A stretch of DNA of 32,000 bases from Pseudothioglobus sp. nBUS_23 (GTDB lineage Bacteria; Pseudomonadota; Gammaproteobacteria; PS1; Pseudothioglobaceae): NCBI RefSeq assembly GCF_051201565.1, contig NZ_CP179200.1:1590001-1622000 (forward strand), read 5' to 3'. A model generated the notes under the pieces. It was not told the DNA's origin and ran no database searches. It was given only the letters and a program-made list of their open reading frames with translations. This document shows, one piece after another, positions 10,961 to 19,966 of the stretch (its first letter is position 1; every line of letters begins with the position of its first letter). The translations under genes were made by a program, and so were the position numbers.

Positions 10961-10999
10961 GCTTGGTTGTGTATTGTTTTATTTATTTGATTTAAATTA

Positions 11000-12094
11000 A
11001 TGGCCTCCTCAATTAATGACTTTCGTCGCAGCAAACTATTCAGAGCAGCTATTATTGTTCCTACAGTCATTGCATTAATTTTTTCGATATTTAACCTCAC
11101 TGCACCAAACGACCCCGAAAAAATTTCATCAAACTTTAAACTGGGAATAGTTAACCTCGATACGAGTACATCCTTTCCTTTAGTATCAACTCAGGCAATT
11201 AAGGCAATCTCAAGATCTCTTCCTTTTAGAGTTGGACTATTCAAAGATTCTGAAACAGCAAAGACAGCTTTATCTAATGGAGAAATCTCTTCAGTGATCA
11301 TTTTTCCAGAAGACTTTTCTGAACAGGCTTTAGGTAAAAAAAGTATAAATGTTAAGGTAATTAACTCAGATCACCTAACTGCATCAGAGACGCAAATTGC
11401 CAGTCAACTCCCATCAACCTTTCAGCTCGGTCTCTCCGCTTTTATATCCAACCTTCGGTTGGCAAAATCTCAAAATCTTGCCCCTAGTTCTGAGATGCCG
11501 ATCCAAGTCGAGTTAGAAAATTTATACGAAGCCAAGAGTCTTGCGTCAACCCCCTCTCCATTTGTGATGAGCTTTATTACTTGGCTATCAGCAATGGTTG
11601 GCTCGGTTCTACTCTTTCTTGCAACAAACCAAATGACACTTCTAAATAGAGCCTATGTCAGAACTGTTATTCCAGTAATGACCATGGGTGCTTCCAGTTT
11701 AGTCCTGGCAATAGTGGTAACTTTGACTACAATGCAATGGGAAGTGTTTTTTCTTTCTTGGATCTTTTCATGGTTTATATGCGTTTGTCTGAGCTGGTTA
11801 TTTCTGGGCATGTTTTCGACAGTAGGTCTTTTAGCTCTGCTGTTAATAGTTCCAATAGTTTTTTATCAACCAGCACTAAGCGGAACAGTAATTCCTCTAA
11901 CAGCAGCTCCAGAGTGGCTTGAATTAATTGGAGGTTCAGTGCCTTTTGACTCTATTGGAAGAGCATATCGTTCAGTAATATTTGGATCAAGTGGCGGTCT
12001 TCCTCTGTTATGGCTTGGCTCAGCAGCTTTCATTGGCCTTCTCCTGAACTGGGGCTCAGACATCCTCAGAGGAAGAATGAAAAGGCGCTGGTAG
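11000..12094 (+). CDS. ABC-2-type permease-like membrane protein (ABC2_membrane_3 / YhgE-Pip-like topology), with no adjacent ATPase
   Basis: 364 aa: one N-terminal TM helix, an extracytoplasmic loop of about 150 aa (GIVNLD, VIIFPEDFS motifs typical of this fold), then about 5 C-terminal TM helices. It starts 39 nt downstream of the GMC gene on the same strand. Confidence 0.5.
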   Translation: MASSINDFRRSKLFRAAIIVPTVIALIFSIFNLTAPNDPEKISSNFKLGIVNLDTSTSFPLVSTQAIKAISRSLPFRVGLFKDSETAKTALSNGEISSVIIFPEDFSEQALGKKSINVKVINSDHLTASETQIASQLPSTFQLGLSAFISNLRLAKSQNLAPSSEMPIQVELENLYEAKSLASTPSPFVMSFITWLSAMVGSVLLFLATNQMTLLNRAYVRTVIPVMTMGASSLVLAIVVTLTTMQWEVFFLSWIFSWFICVCLSWLFLGMFSTVGLLALLLIVPIVFYQPALSGTVIPLTAAPEWLELIGGSVPFDSIGRAYRSVIFGSSGGLPLLWLGSAAFIGLLLNWGSDILRGRMKRRW

Positions 12095-12097
12095 CAA

Positions 12098-12934
12098 CTA
12101 TTTTTGATCTATCAAATTATTAATATCTGTTTTGTATCTTAAAAGCATGGAACGCAGCTTTTTGTCTTGCTTTTCAGTCCTCGAATTTAAAATTTCAACA
12201 AAAAGACGCTCATTAACTTTGATATTATGAGAATAGGTTTTGCGATAATTAGCTGAAACCAAGTCGTCTCTATGCGTAATATTTGTCAGAGCTAACTCCC
12301 AGCCATCGTCTCTCTTGAGGATCAGCTTGAGGTTTTCGATTAGAGCTTTTCGATTATTGATCCACTGACCATCAACCCTGATCATTTCTTGACTTGCAGT
12401 AGTAATAAGATCGAGTTGATCTTTGTTCATGCCTCCTATAAAGCGTCTCAAATTCTTTCTAATGCGTTTGTAATTATCGTTTTGATAAGTTTGTAAATTA
12501 CGACTTAAGTATTTTTTTTCACTTTGTAAAGTTTTGGTTTGCATTGTTTGAAGAAATTCTTCAATTTGATCATTCGATAAATCCCGTGTCATAGGTATAA
12601 CCCACAAAATCATTTCATCTTCAATTCGAAACCAAGCTTGCTCAACATCATAAGTAATCGATTCAATAGAGGAGAGCTCAATTTTTTCATCAAGTAATGA
12701 CTCTAAGTCTCCAATAATTTCTGCATACTTAGGTAATTCTTCCTCTCTATGCCAATCAAAAAATGGATCAAGCAATTCATTTAAATTCTTCCTTTGCTCT
12801 TGATTTAAGTCGACATAACTTTCCAGATACCATGGCAACAAAAAGTCAATCCTATTATAAATAAAGGTGGTAGAGCTACATCCAACAAGGAAAACCAATG
12901 AAAATAATAAAACTTTTTTTGTTATTGTGTTCAT
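12098..12934 (-). CDS. lipoprotein of unknown function (resembles the DUF6279 family)
   Basis: 278 aa with a lipobox in the signal peptide (LVFLVGC|SS). It is charged and helical, with a FIYNRIDFLLPWYLESYVDLNQEQ N-terminal motif. Confidence 0.5.
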   Translation of the reverse strand: MNTITKKVLLFSLVFLVGCSSTTFIYNRIDFLLPWYLESYVDLNQEQRKNLNELLDPFFDWHREEELPKYAEIIGDLESLLDEKIELSSIESITYDVEQAWFRIEDEMILWVIPMTRDLSNDQIEEFLQTMQTKTLQSEKKYLSRNLQTYQNDNYKRIRKNLRRFIGGMNKDQLDLITTASQEMIRVDGQWINNRKALIENLKLILKRDDGWELALTNITHRDDLVSANYRKTYSHNIKVNERLFVEILNSRTEKQDKKLRSMLLRYKTDINNLIDQK

Positions 12935-13031
12935 CTTATAATTTAAAAATTATTATTTTTTTATTCATCTAACTACAAAATATTTCTTCATTTATGTTTA
13001 AATCATCGCTCAAAGCTAAAAAAAAGAGTAA

Positions 13032-14072
13032 ATGATTAATCAAATCCACAATACAAATATTGAAAGCGAAACCGTCGTAACCTCGCCCATTGATTTAAGG
13101 CAGCAAATCAAAGTGAGCGATCACGGTAAAGATAACATTTTAACGAGTCGTAAAACTGTTGATGATATTTTTTTAGGCAAGGACAAAAGACTTATTGTAA
13201 TCGTTGGTCCTTGCTCGATTCATGACATCAAAGCAGCTAAAGAATACGCCCTTAAATTAAAGTTGCTTCAGAAGGAAGTTGAAGAATCTATCTATATCAT
13301 GATGAGGGTATATTTTGAAAAACCAAGAACTACTGTGGGCTGGAAAGGATTAATTAGTGATCCTGATATGGATGATTCTCTGGATGTAGAAAAAGGCCTG
13401 CGTCAAGGTCGGGAGCTCTTAGTTTGGCTCGCAGAGCAGGGAATACCAACTGCGACTGAGGCACTCAATCCGATTACTCCTCAATATCTTGCTGATCTCA
13501 TTTCTTGGTGTGCAATTGGTGCAAGGACTACTGAATCTCAAACTCATCGTGAAATGTCTAGTGGACTATCGATGACAGTTGGATTTAAAAATGGTACTGA
13601 TGGCAACTTAAATATGGCGGTTAATGCAATTAGAGCGTGCTCTTCCCCGCAAAGTTTTTTAGGAATTAATGATAAAGGACAAATCTCAACATTCAAAGCC
13701 AGAGGCAATATATCCTCTCACATTATTCTTAGAGGTGGAACCAAGCCAAACTATGACAATGAATCTGTATTGAAATGTGAAAAACTTCTTAAGGAGAATG
13801 GTTTAGCAAAGAGAATTATGATTGATTGCTCACATGATAACTCTAATCAGGATTACAGAAATCAAGGCAAAGTCATTGAAGATATAAAAAGTCAAATACT
13901 CTCTGGAAACAAATCTATTTTTGGTGTCATGCTAGAAAGCAATTTGTTTTCTGGTAAGCAGAAAATACTTTCAGATAAAGAGAGCATGAAATATGGAGTT
14001 TCAGTGACCGATGGATGCATTGACTGGAATGAGACAGTATCTGTAATTCAAAGTCTCAAAGAAGCTAGATAA
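13032..14072 (+). CDS. aroG: 3-deoxy-7-phosphoheptulonate (DAHP) synthase, class I (AroF/G/H type)
   Basis: 346 aa with the IVGPCSIHD, KPRTTVGWKGL and IDCSHDNS motifs. Which aromatic amino acid gives feedback inhibition cannot be determined from the sequence. Confidence 0.85.
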   Translation: MINQIHNTNIESETVVTSPIDLRQQIKVSDHGKDNILTSRKTVDDIFLGKDKRLIVIVGPCSIHDIKAAKEYALKLKLLQKEVEESIYIMMRVYFEKPRTTVGWKGLISDPDMDDSLDVEKGLRQGRELLVWLAEQGIPTATEALNPITPQYLADLISWCAIGARTTESQTHREMSSGLSMTVGFKNGTDGNLNMAVNAIRACSSPQSFLGINDKGQISTFKARGNISSHIILRGGTKPNYDNESVLKCEKLLKENGLAKRIMIDCSHDNSNQDYRNQGKVIEDIKSQILSGNKSIFGVMLESNLFSGKQKILSDKESMKYGVSVTDGCIDWNETVSVIQSLKEAR

Positions 14073-14080
14073 TTTCTTGT

Positions 14081-14911
14081 TTATTGGCCAAGAAGCTTAA
14101 TCACTCTTGAGGCAGTTTCTTCCAAATCAGGTATCACTTTTTTCATTATTGTAATTCTATCAAATAGGTTAGGGTCAGACCCTAATGAAGATCGCAATGA
14201 ATCACCAAAACGCTTTCTTAAGACCGTGCCAACATTAAATTTTGTAATGTGCCGCTTTGACAGCATTTGAATATCTCTATCTTTAATTCCACTTGTACCA
14301 TGAATCACTAATGGAATAGTGAGCTCATTCTCAAGCTGATTAAAACGCTCAACATTAATTTCTACAAAACCTGACTCAAGTCGATGAACGTTACCTATTG
14401 AAATCGCAAGTGCATCTGGCTTGCCCTCTTTTTCCATAGCTAAAGCCTCTGATAAGTCAGTTAACTCAGACTTAATGTGATCTCTACCAGTTGCATAAGG
14501 CACTGATCCCACTTCAGCCTCAACTGAAACCCCTTTACAGTGCGCATAAGAAACTACATCCTTAATGGAGGCAATGTTTTGAGCAATAGGTAATTGTGAT
14601 CCATCAAACATTACAGAAGTAAATCCAACATCTACTGCCTGCATTACTACTTCAACTTCATAAGTATGATCAAGATGAATACATACTGGAACTTTGGCAC
14701 TCTCAGCCATAGGTTTTAACAGGCCAATAATCTGATCCATAGTCATAAATTGACGCATATCAAGATTTATTGAAAGAATAACCGAGGCATTTCTTGACTC
14801 TGCAGCATCAATGACAGCTCTTGAATCCTCAAAGCCAAAAACATTGAAGCATGCCACAGCATAACCCTCTTCTTTTGCTGGCAATAGAATATCTTTTAAA
14901 TTTGCTAACAT
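14081..14911 (-). CDS. iolJ: class II fructose-bisphosphate-aldolase-family protein; proposed IolJ-type 6-phospho-5-dehydro-2-deoxy-D-gluconate aldolase
   Basis: 276 aa with the zinc-ligand motifs IHLDH, IGNVH and IHGTSG. It is the last gene of the iol array, with a TAATG overlap with the upstream IolB paralog at 14909..14913. Confidence 0.65.
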   Translation of the reverse strand: MLANLKDILLPAKEEGYAVACFNVFGFEDSRAVIDAAESRNASVILSINLDMRQFMTMDQIIGLLKPMAESAKVPVCIHLDHTYEVEVVMQAVDVGFTSVMFDGSQLPIAQNIASIKDVVSYAHCKGVSVEAEVGSVPYATGRDHIKSELTDLSEALAMEKEGKPDALAISIGNVHRLESGFVEINVERFNQLENELTIPLVIHGTSGIKDRDIQMLSKRHITKFNVGTVLRKRFGDSLRSSLGSDPNLFDRITIMKKVIPDLEETASRVIKLLGQ

Positions 14912-15750
14912 TATTTAAACTTGTTAAGCATATCTTGCATACCCGGAATAGTTTCCAGTTGATATGCATACTCTTTTTGATAATTCATATGCAGTGGTCT
15001 CTGGCTCTCACCAGCTAAAATGGTAAAGTAATACATCTCAAAGCCTGGAGCAGCAACACAAGGATGGTAGCCCTTATCAAAGATAAAGGTTGACCCATCT
15101 CGGACATGGTAAACAGGTCCAAAATCTTCACCATCTGGAGTTAAAAATTGTGCACCAAAACCATTTGATGGATTAAATCTAAAATTGTAGACTTCGTTGT
15201 GTCTGCTTTCATCTGGAAGCATGTCAGTCTCATGCTTATGAGGAGGAAATCCAGACCATCCACCTTCTCCAACTGTAAACAATTCACTTACTAATAACTT
15301 GCCAACTTTCCCAGCTGGATTTTTACCTAAAATATGTTTAATTTTCCTATGGGTCTTTGTCTCATCAGAGCCATATTGAACCTTATCAATATCATTTTGT
15401 CTAATTACAAATGCCTCATATGTTTCATTATGTTTGGCTCCAGAGATAAAAACTTCAGCCTTTCCATTTTGGCAAATTAATCTAGCCTTTTGATTAACTG
15501 GGACATAAACTGCTTCAGGATCACTCTCCCAAATATGATTTCGTTTACCCACATCCTTAAAGTTTTGACCTTCAATCTCAACATCAATTGTTCCAGTAGC
15601 AGGAACTATACAAGTTTCATAATCGTTTAGTTGGTAACTAAATACATCACCAGCAGAAAGCTTTATTATGTTGAAATAACACAAGGGTACTATTTCATTA
15701 TTACAATCTACGATAGGTTCATTATTATTGTTATGTTTGGGGATATGCAT
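14911..15750 (-). CDS. iolB: 5-deoxy-glucuronate isomerase family protein (IolB/KduI cupin), second diverged copy
   Basis: About 279 aa with the GGWSGFPPHKHE motif (copy 1 has GNWSSYPPHKHD). The ORF track start at 15762 is GTG. ATG 15750 has GGAG 6 nt upstream and sits 2 nt after the upstream stop. Confidence 0.75.
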   Translation of the reverse strand: MHIPKHNNNNEPIVDCNNEIVPLCYFNIIKLSAGDVFSYQLNDYETCIVPATGTIDVEIEGQNFKDVGKRNHIWESDPEAVYVPVNQKARLICQNGKAEVFISGAKHNETYEAFVIRQNDIDKVQYGSDETKTHRKIKHILGKNPAGKVGKLLVSELFTVGEGGWSGFPPHKHETDMLPDESRHNEVYNFRFNPSNGFGAQFLTPDGEDFGPVYHVRDGSTFIFDKGYHPCVAAPGFEMYYFTILAGESQRPLHMNYQKEYAYQLETIPGMQDMLNKFK

Positions 15751-15752
15751 TA

Positions 15753-16748
15753 TTAACTCCACTCTGTTTTTGGTTGAATCGATGTACTATCTTGCAATAA
15801 CTTAATTTCTTTATTTGATGGCATTGCACTTGCACAGCCTTTCTTTGAGACAACGATTGCGGCTGCAGCACTGCCAGCCTCAGCTGCTTTTTTCCAATCT
15901 CCAAAAGCCATATAATTCATGATTAAATTTCCAAGGAAGGCATCACCAGAACCATATGGTTTCATAATCTTAGATTTATAAATACCTGTTTTTAAAGTGC
16001 AATTACCTGAAAATAAAGTACACCCATTTTCTCCTTTCTTTAAAATCATTATCTTATTTTTAGAAATGCACTCCTTAACTTGGATATTTAAATCATCGTT
16101 AAGAATCTTAAACTCCTCCTCATTTCCAACTATCACGTCTGATAACTTTTCTGCCTTCTGATATGCTGACCTTGTAGCTCCCTCATCAGGCCAATTCCAG
16201 TGCCTATAATCTAAATCCAGCCAAACTTTGCAGTCATTTTTTGTTGCATGACTCATCATTTTCAATACTTGTTTTCTGGAGTGTTCATCAATCAGACTGG
16301 TTCCAGTCACCACAAGATTACTGCTATTTAGAATTGCCAACTCAACATTTTTATCAAAAACAATTTGAAGATCTGCTGGATTATTACGATAAATTACAAC
16401 CTCACAATCAGTCGGACGCTCTTCAGCAATTGCAAGACTTGTTCTTTCATTACCACGAGTTGTCTGTAATAAATGAATATCTATACCTTCCGCGATTAGT
16501 CGATTCTTAACAAAAGAACCAACTGGATCATCTGAAAGTGCGGAAATTAGTCCAATGTTTCCTCCAGACCTCTTCATAGCTATTGCTATATTCCCTCCAG
16601 AGCCTCCCACATCACTTGCAAATGATTCAGCCAGCTTAGTTTTTGATCCTGATGGCTGCGGATAAAGATCAAGGCCTGCTCTTCCAACAACAAGTGCACT
16701 CCACTTTCTAGGTTTTTGATAAATGATATTTTGAATTTGCTCAGACAT
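15753..16748 (-). CDS. iolC: PfkB-family sugar kinase, IolC-like (5-dehydro-2-deoxygluconokinase paralog), second diverged copy
   Basis: About 331 aa with the motifs GRAGLDLY...GGSGGNIA and GSGDAF. The ORF track starts at 16802. ATG 16748 (MSEQIQ...) is likelier, giving an 8-nt ATGTCTGA overlap with the upstream stop. Confidence 0.7.
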   Translation of the reverse strand: MSEQIQNIIYQKPRKWSALVVGRAGLDLYPQPSGSKTKLAESFASDVGGSGGNIAIAMKRSGGNIGLISALSDDPVGSFVKNRLIAEGIDIHLLQTTRGNERTSLAIAEERPTDCEVVIYRNNPADLQIVFDKNVELAILNSSNLVVTGTSLIDEHSRKQVLKMMSHATKNDCKVWLDLDYRHWNWPDEGATRSAYQKAEKLSDVIVGNEEEFKILNDDLNIQVKECISKNKIMILKKGENGCTLFSGNCTLKTGIYKSKIMKPYGSGDAFLGNLIMNYMAFGDWKKAAEAGSAAAAIVVSKKGCASAMPSNKEIKLLQDSTSIQPKTEWS

Positions 16749-17868
16749 CAATCCATTGTCCAGAAAGAGCAGATCGATCGATAGCGTCCATAACTCTTTC
16801 AATTTTTAATCCATCTGAAAAATTAGGCCAAACAGATTGACCTGTTTCTATCGCATCAAGAAGATGTTTTAATTCACAGACTTTAACATCAATATAGCCC
16901 AGACTATGGCCAGCATTTGGTAAAAAAGCATCATATGGTGGTTGAGCTGGACCGCTCAAAATAGTTTTAAAGCCCTCCTGTCTTGGGTCTTCACTACGAG
17001 TATAAAGTTTGATCTCATTTAAGCGCTCTTGATCATGGCATATCATCCCTTGAGACCCATGAATCTCCCAGCTTAAACCGCACTTTCTACCCCAAGCAAC
17101 TCTGCTGACTCTGAGAGTCCCCTTGATTCCACTCTCAAAGTGTGCCATAGCTGTACAAACATCATCATTATCAACCACAAGTGTTTTTCCTGGATTTTTT
17201 GGATCTGACCGTTCTTTATGAACTGTGTCATAATCACCAACTAGTCGAGTTATTTCGCTCCCAGTCATATAGTGAGCCATACTTACTAAATGACACATAA
17301 CATCTGCATTTGACCCTGTTCCAGATGCCTCACGACTCATTCGCCAAGAATGTGGTCTATCTGGATCTGCCTCATTATCTACGTCATAAACACCATAAAA
17401 TCCTATTACTCTTCCAATCACACCTTCATCAATGAGTTTTTTTGCACTTTGAACTGCTGGATTTTGAGTGTAGTTATAACCTAGTATTGTTTGAGAACTT
17501 GATGCTTCTTGAGCAGCTGCAAGCATTGCCTCAGAGTCAGATAAATTGGTCGACATTGGCTTTTCACACCATACATGCTTCCCTAACTTTAAAGCTGCTA
17601 TAGAAATTTCTTTATGCAATGAATTAGGTACGCAAACGGAGATAAGCTCTACCTTAGGATCATTCACCAGTTCCATCCATGAGCTAGTGCATCTTGAGAA
17701 TCCCATTTCTTTTCTCATAACTTCAGCCCTATCAGGATTGTAGTCACAGATCATTTCAAGCTTTGGCCTTAACCCATCTCCAAAAACACTTCCTGCAGCA
17801 GCGTATGCAATTGAATGCGCCTTACCCATAAAAGCTGTCCCAATAACTCCTACACCAATTGTTTTCAT
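16741..17868 (-). CDS. Gfo/Idh/MocA-family NAD(P)-dependent oxidoreductase (possible second inositol/inosose dehydrogenase)
   Basis: 375 aa with the Rossmann motif GVGVIGTAFMGKAH and the EKP motif (WCEKPM). Its ATGA overlaps the iolE stop at 17865..17868. Confidence 0.85.
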   Translation of the reverse strand: MKTIGVGVIGTAFMGKAHSIAYAAAGSVFGDGLRPKLEMICDYNPDRAEVMRKEMGFSRCTSSWMELVNDPKVELISVCVPNSLHKEISIAALKLGKHVWCEKPMSTNLSDSEAMLAAAQEASSSQTILGYNYTQNPAVQSAKKLIDEGVIGRVIGFYGVYDVDNEADPDRPHSWRMSREASGTGSNADVMCHLVSMAHYMTGSEITRLVGDYDTVHKERSDPKNPGKTLVVDNDDVCTAMAHFESGIKGTLRVSRVAWGRKCGLSWEIHGSQGMICHDQERLNEIKLYTRSEDPRQEGFKTILSGPAQPPYDAFLPNAGHSLGYIDVKVCELKHLLDAIETGQSVWPNFSDGLKIERVMDAIDRSALSGQWIDV

Positions 17869-18770
17869 TCTCTTTCCTCTATTTCAATTCCAAATTTATT
17901 ACAGTAACTTTCGATATTTTTATAGCCCATAGTTACATAAGTTAATGGATGAGCTTTGGCAGGATCCTGCTCAGCCTCAACTACAATCCATCCTTTAAAG
18001 TCATTCTCACTCACCATTTTAAAAAGCTCAGGAAAATCAAACATTCCATCTCCTGGAACTGTATAAACTCCATTTAATACTGCATTCAAAAAGCTTGAAT
18101 CTGACTCGAGCGCGCCATTTAATACTTCTGCCCTGACGTCTTTACAATGAATATGTAGAACTCTGTTACTGTGCTTTTTATATACGCTCAAAGGGTCAGC
18201 TCCTGCATATATAAAATGGCCAGTATCAAATACTAATCCTAAATCATTACTAGTCATTGCCATTAATTTATCGACCTCTTCTTCTATTTGAACCACTGTA
18301 CCCATGTGATGATGATAGGCAAGTTTCATTCCATGAGACAAAGTGTATTTTGCTAGTTGATCTAACTTTTCTGTCCATTCCTTCCATTGTTCGTCATTAA
18401 GAATGGGTCGTTTTGATAATGGCGATTCAATGTCTCCATGAACACAGGAATCCATTTCACAATAGACGATGACATCAGTACCAAGGTCTTTCAAAAGTTG
18501 CATATGTGGTTTAATTCTCTCTATCTCACCCTCAATAGTGTCTTTAAGTAAGCCTCCACAAAACCAACTTGAAACAACATCCATACCATGTTTGCTGAAT
18601 AAAGGCTCAAGTACTGAGACCTCACGAGGCCATTTGCCACCTAACTCAAATCCACGATATCCAGCTTGTTTTCCTTCTTGCAGACATTGCTCCACAGTTG
18701 TGTCACGACCCAGTTCTGGCATATCATCATTAGTCCATGATATTGGACTAACACCAATTTTCACACTCAT
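17865..18770 (-). CDS. iolE: myo-inosose-2 dehydratase (xylose-isomerase-like TIM barrel)
   Basis: 301 aa. The N-terminus GVSPISWTNDDMPELG is characteristic of IolE. It sits in the iol operon. Confidence 0.8.
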   Translation of the reverse strand: MSVKIGVSPISWTNDDMPELGRDTTVEQCLQEGKQAGYRGFELGGKWPREVSVLEPLFSKHGMDVVSSWFCGGLLKDTIEGEIERIKPHMQLLKDLGTDVIVYCEMDSCVHGDIESPLSKRPILNDEQWKEWTEKLDQLAKYTLSHGMKLAYHHHMGTVVQIEEEVDKLMAMTSNDLGLVFDTGHFIYAGADPLSVYKKHSNRVLHIHCKDVRAEVLNGALESDSSFLNAVLNGVYTVPGDGMFDFPELFKMVSENDFKGWIVVEAEQDPAKAHPLTYVTMGYKNIESYCNKFGIEIEERE

Positions 18771-18797
18771 TTATTATCTCCAAATTGTTAGTAATAT

Positions 18798-19964
18798 TTA
18801 TCCAGCAAGCCTAACCTGCTGGTGCTCCAAAAGCTTAGAATTAAATTTTTTTGGACTCACTGAATCCAAAAGTGATTGTTTTGTCAACTCAAACATACTC
18901 ATACCCTGAAGTTTGGAATCAGAATTTTTATCAGAATCTAAGTTTGTCGGAAAAGCATACCCATCTGTAGCACAAATAAGAACATTTTCAATCAGTCTGT
19001 CTGAGAGGGTTTTATGATTTAACAAAGAAGGATAGATATGGGTAATAATTTTAAAATAATCTATATGCTCCATTGTCTTTCCAAAGGCTGATGAGATCTG
19101 AAGGAGATTGCCCATTCTATGAAAATCATTTGTATTGTTTGATCCAGCTGCATGAAATATAGCAGGATTAAAAAAAATCCCATCTCCCTTAGACATTGAA
19201 TTTTGAACTGCAAATTGGTTAAAAAATTCACCAAAATTTGAATCTCTCCAAGTCAAGTAACCTAAATCATATTGTTGTGAATAAGGCAGTACAATAGTAG
19301 GCCCACTTTCTAAGGGCATATCAGTATGAGCAATACCGCCTTGCAAAGTAAGATAGTTTGAAAGTCGATGTATTGAGATTGGAAATTTTTCAACGACTTT
19401 ATTTTCTTGAAAACCTAAATGATAGTCTCTATGCGGCTTCTGCATCTCCCCGCCTGGTCTAACAATATTTACTTGGGCTGTCATTTGCGAATTAGGACCA
19501 CACCATGACTCAGCAATTATTTTTACTAAATCATTAGAATAATAATTGATAAAGGTGTCTGCGTTATCCAACGCAACCTTTTGAAAGCTATTCCAGATTC
19601 TGGTGTTAGTCCCCGAGGCAAAGTGGTCATTACTAGAACCGTTTTCTCTTTTAACAATCTTTTCAAAAATGGCATTACTTTGATCTATTACATCTTCACT
19701 GTAAAGATTTCGAATTACAAAGACACCTGGTCCATTTTCTAGAACTTGATGCATCTCAGTTTTCAGTTTTATTTCTTGTTTAATATTGCCAACAAAAGAG
19801 ACAAAGTCTTTCGCATCATATATAACGACATTGTTTGAAATTGAATCTGATAGCGGATAGTCGTCTTTTAAAGTCTCCTGAGAACAAATATTGGTTAACT
19901 CATCATAATCAATATCTGACTCACTAAAATACACTTGATTTGATTTAGTAGATTTTGCTTTCAT
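18798..19964 (-). CDS. phytanoyl-CoA dioxygenase (PhyH) family Fe(II)/2-oxoglutarate-dependent oxygenase, substrate unknown
   Basis: 388 aa with GPGVFVIRN, a candidate facial triad H178-R-D180 (QKPHRDYH) plus H271 (PAIFHAAGSN), a downstream Arg283, and a GPTIVLPYSQ motif. It lies between iolD (2-nt gap) and iolE (27-nt gap). Confidence 0.7.
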   Translation of the reverse strand: MKAKSTKSNQVYFSESDIDYDELTNICSQETLKDDYPLSDSISNNVVIYDAKDFVSFVGNIKQEIKLKTEMHQVLENGPGVFVIRNLYSEDVIDQSNAIFEKIVKRENGSSNDHFASGTNTRIWNSFQKVALDNADTFINYYSNDLVKIIAESWCGPNSQMTAQVNIVRPGGEMQKPHRDYHLGFQENKVVEKFPISIHRLSNYLTLQGGIAHTDMPLESGPTIVLPYSQQYDLGYLTWRDSNFGEFFNQFAVQNSMSKGDGIFFNPAIFHAAGSNNTNDFHRMGNLLQISSAFGKTMEHIDYFKIITHIYPSLLNHKTLSDRLIENVLICATDGYAFPTNLDSDKNSDSKLQGMSMFELTKQSLLDSVSPKKFNSKLLEHQQVRLAG

Positions 19965-19966
19965 TT

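Noticed and set aside
10080-12063. ORFs 10080..10349(+), 11737..11922(+) and 11866..12063(-)
   Set aside because: They are embedded out of frame or antisense in the GMC oxidoreductase and ABC-2-like genes, with no motifs.
16241-18909. ORFs 16241..16510(+), 17546..17743(+) and the 146-aa ORF 18469..18909(+) that spans the iolE/dioxygenase junction
   Set aside because: All are antisense to well-supported iol genes. The 146-aa frame is S/P/C-rich with no domain resemblance, and it would have to overlap two coupled genes on the other strand.
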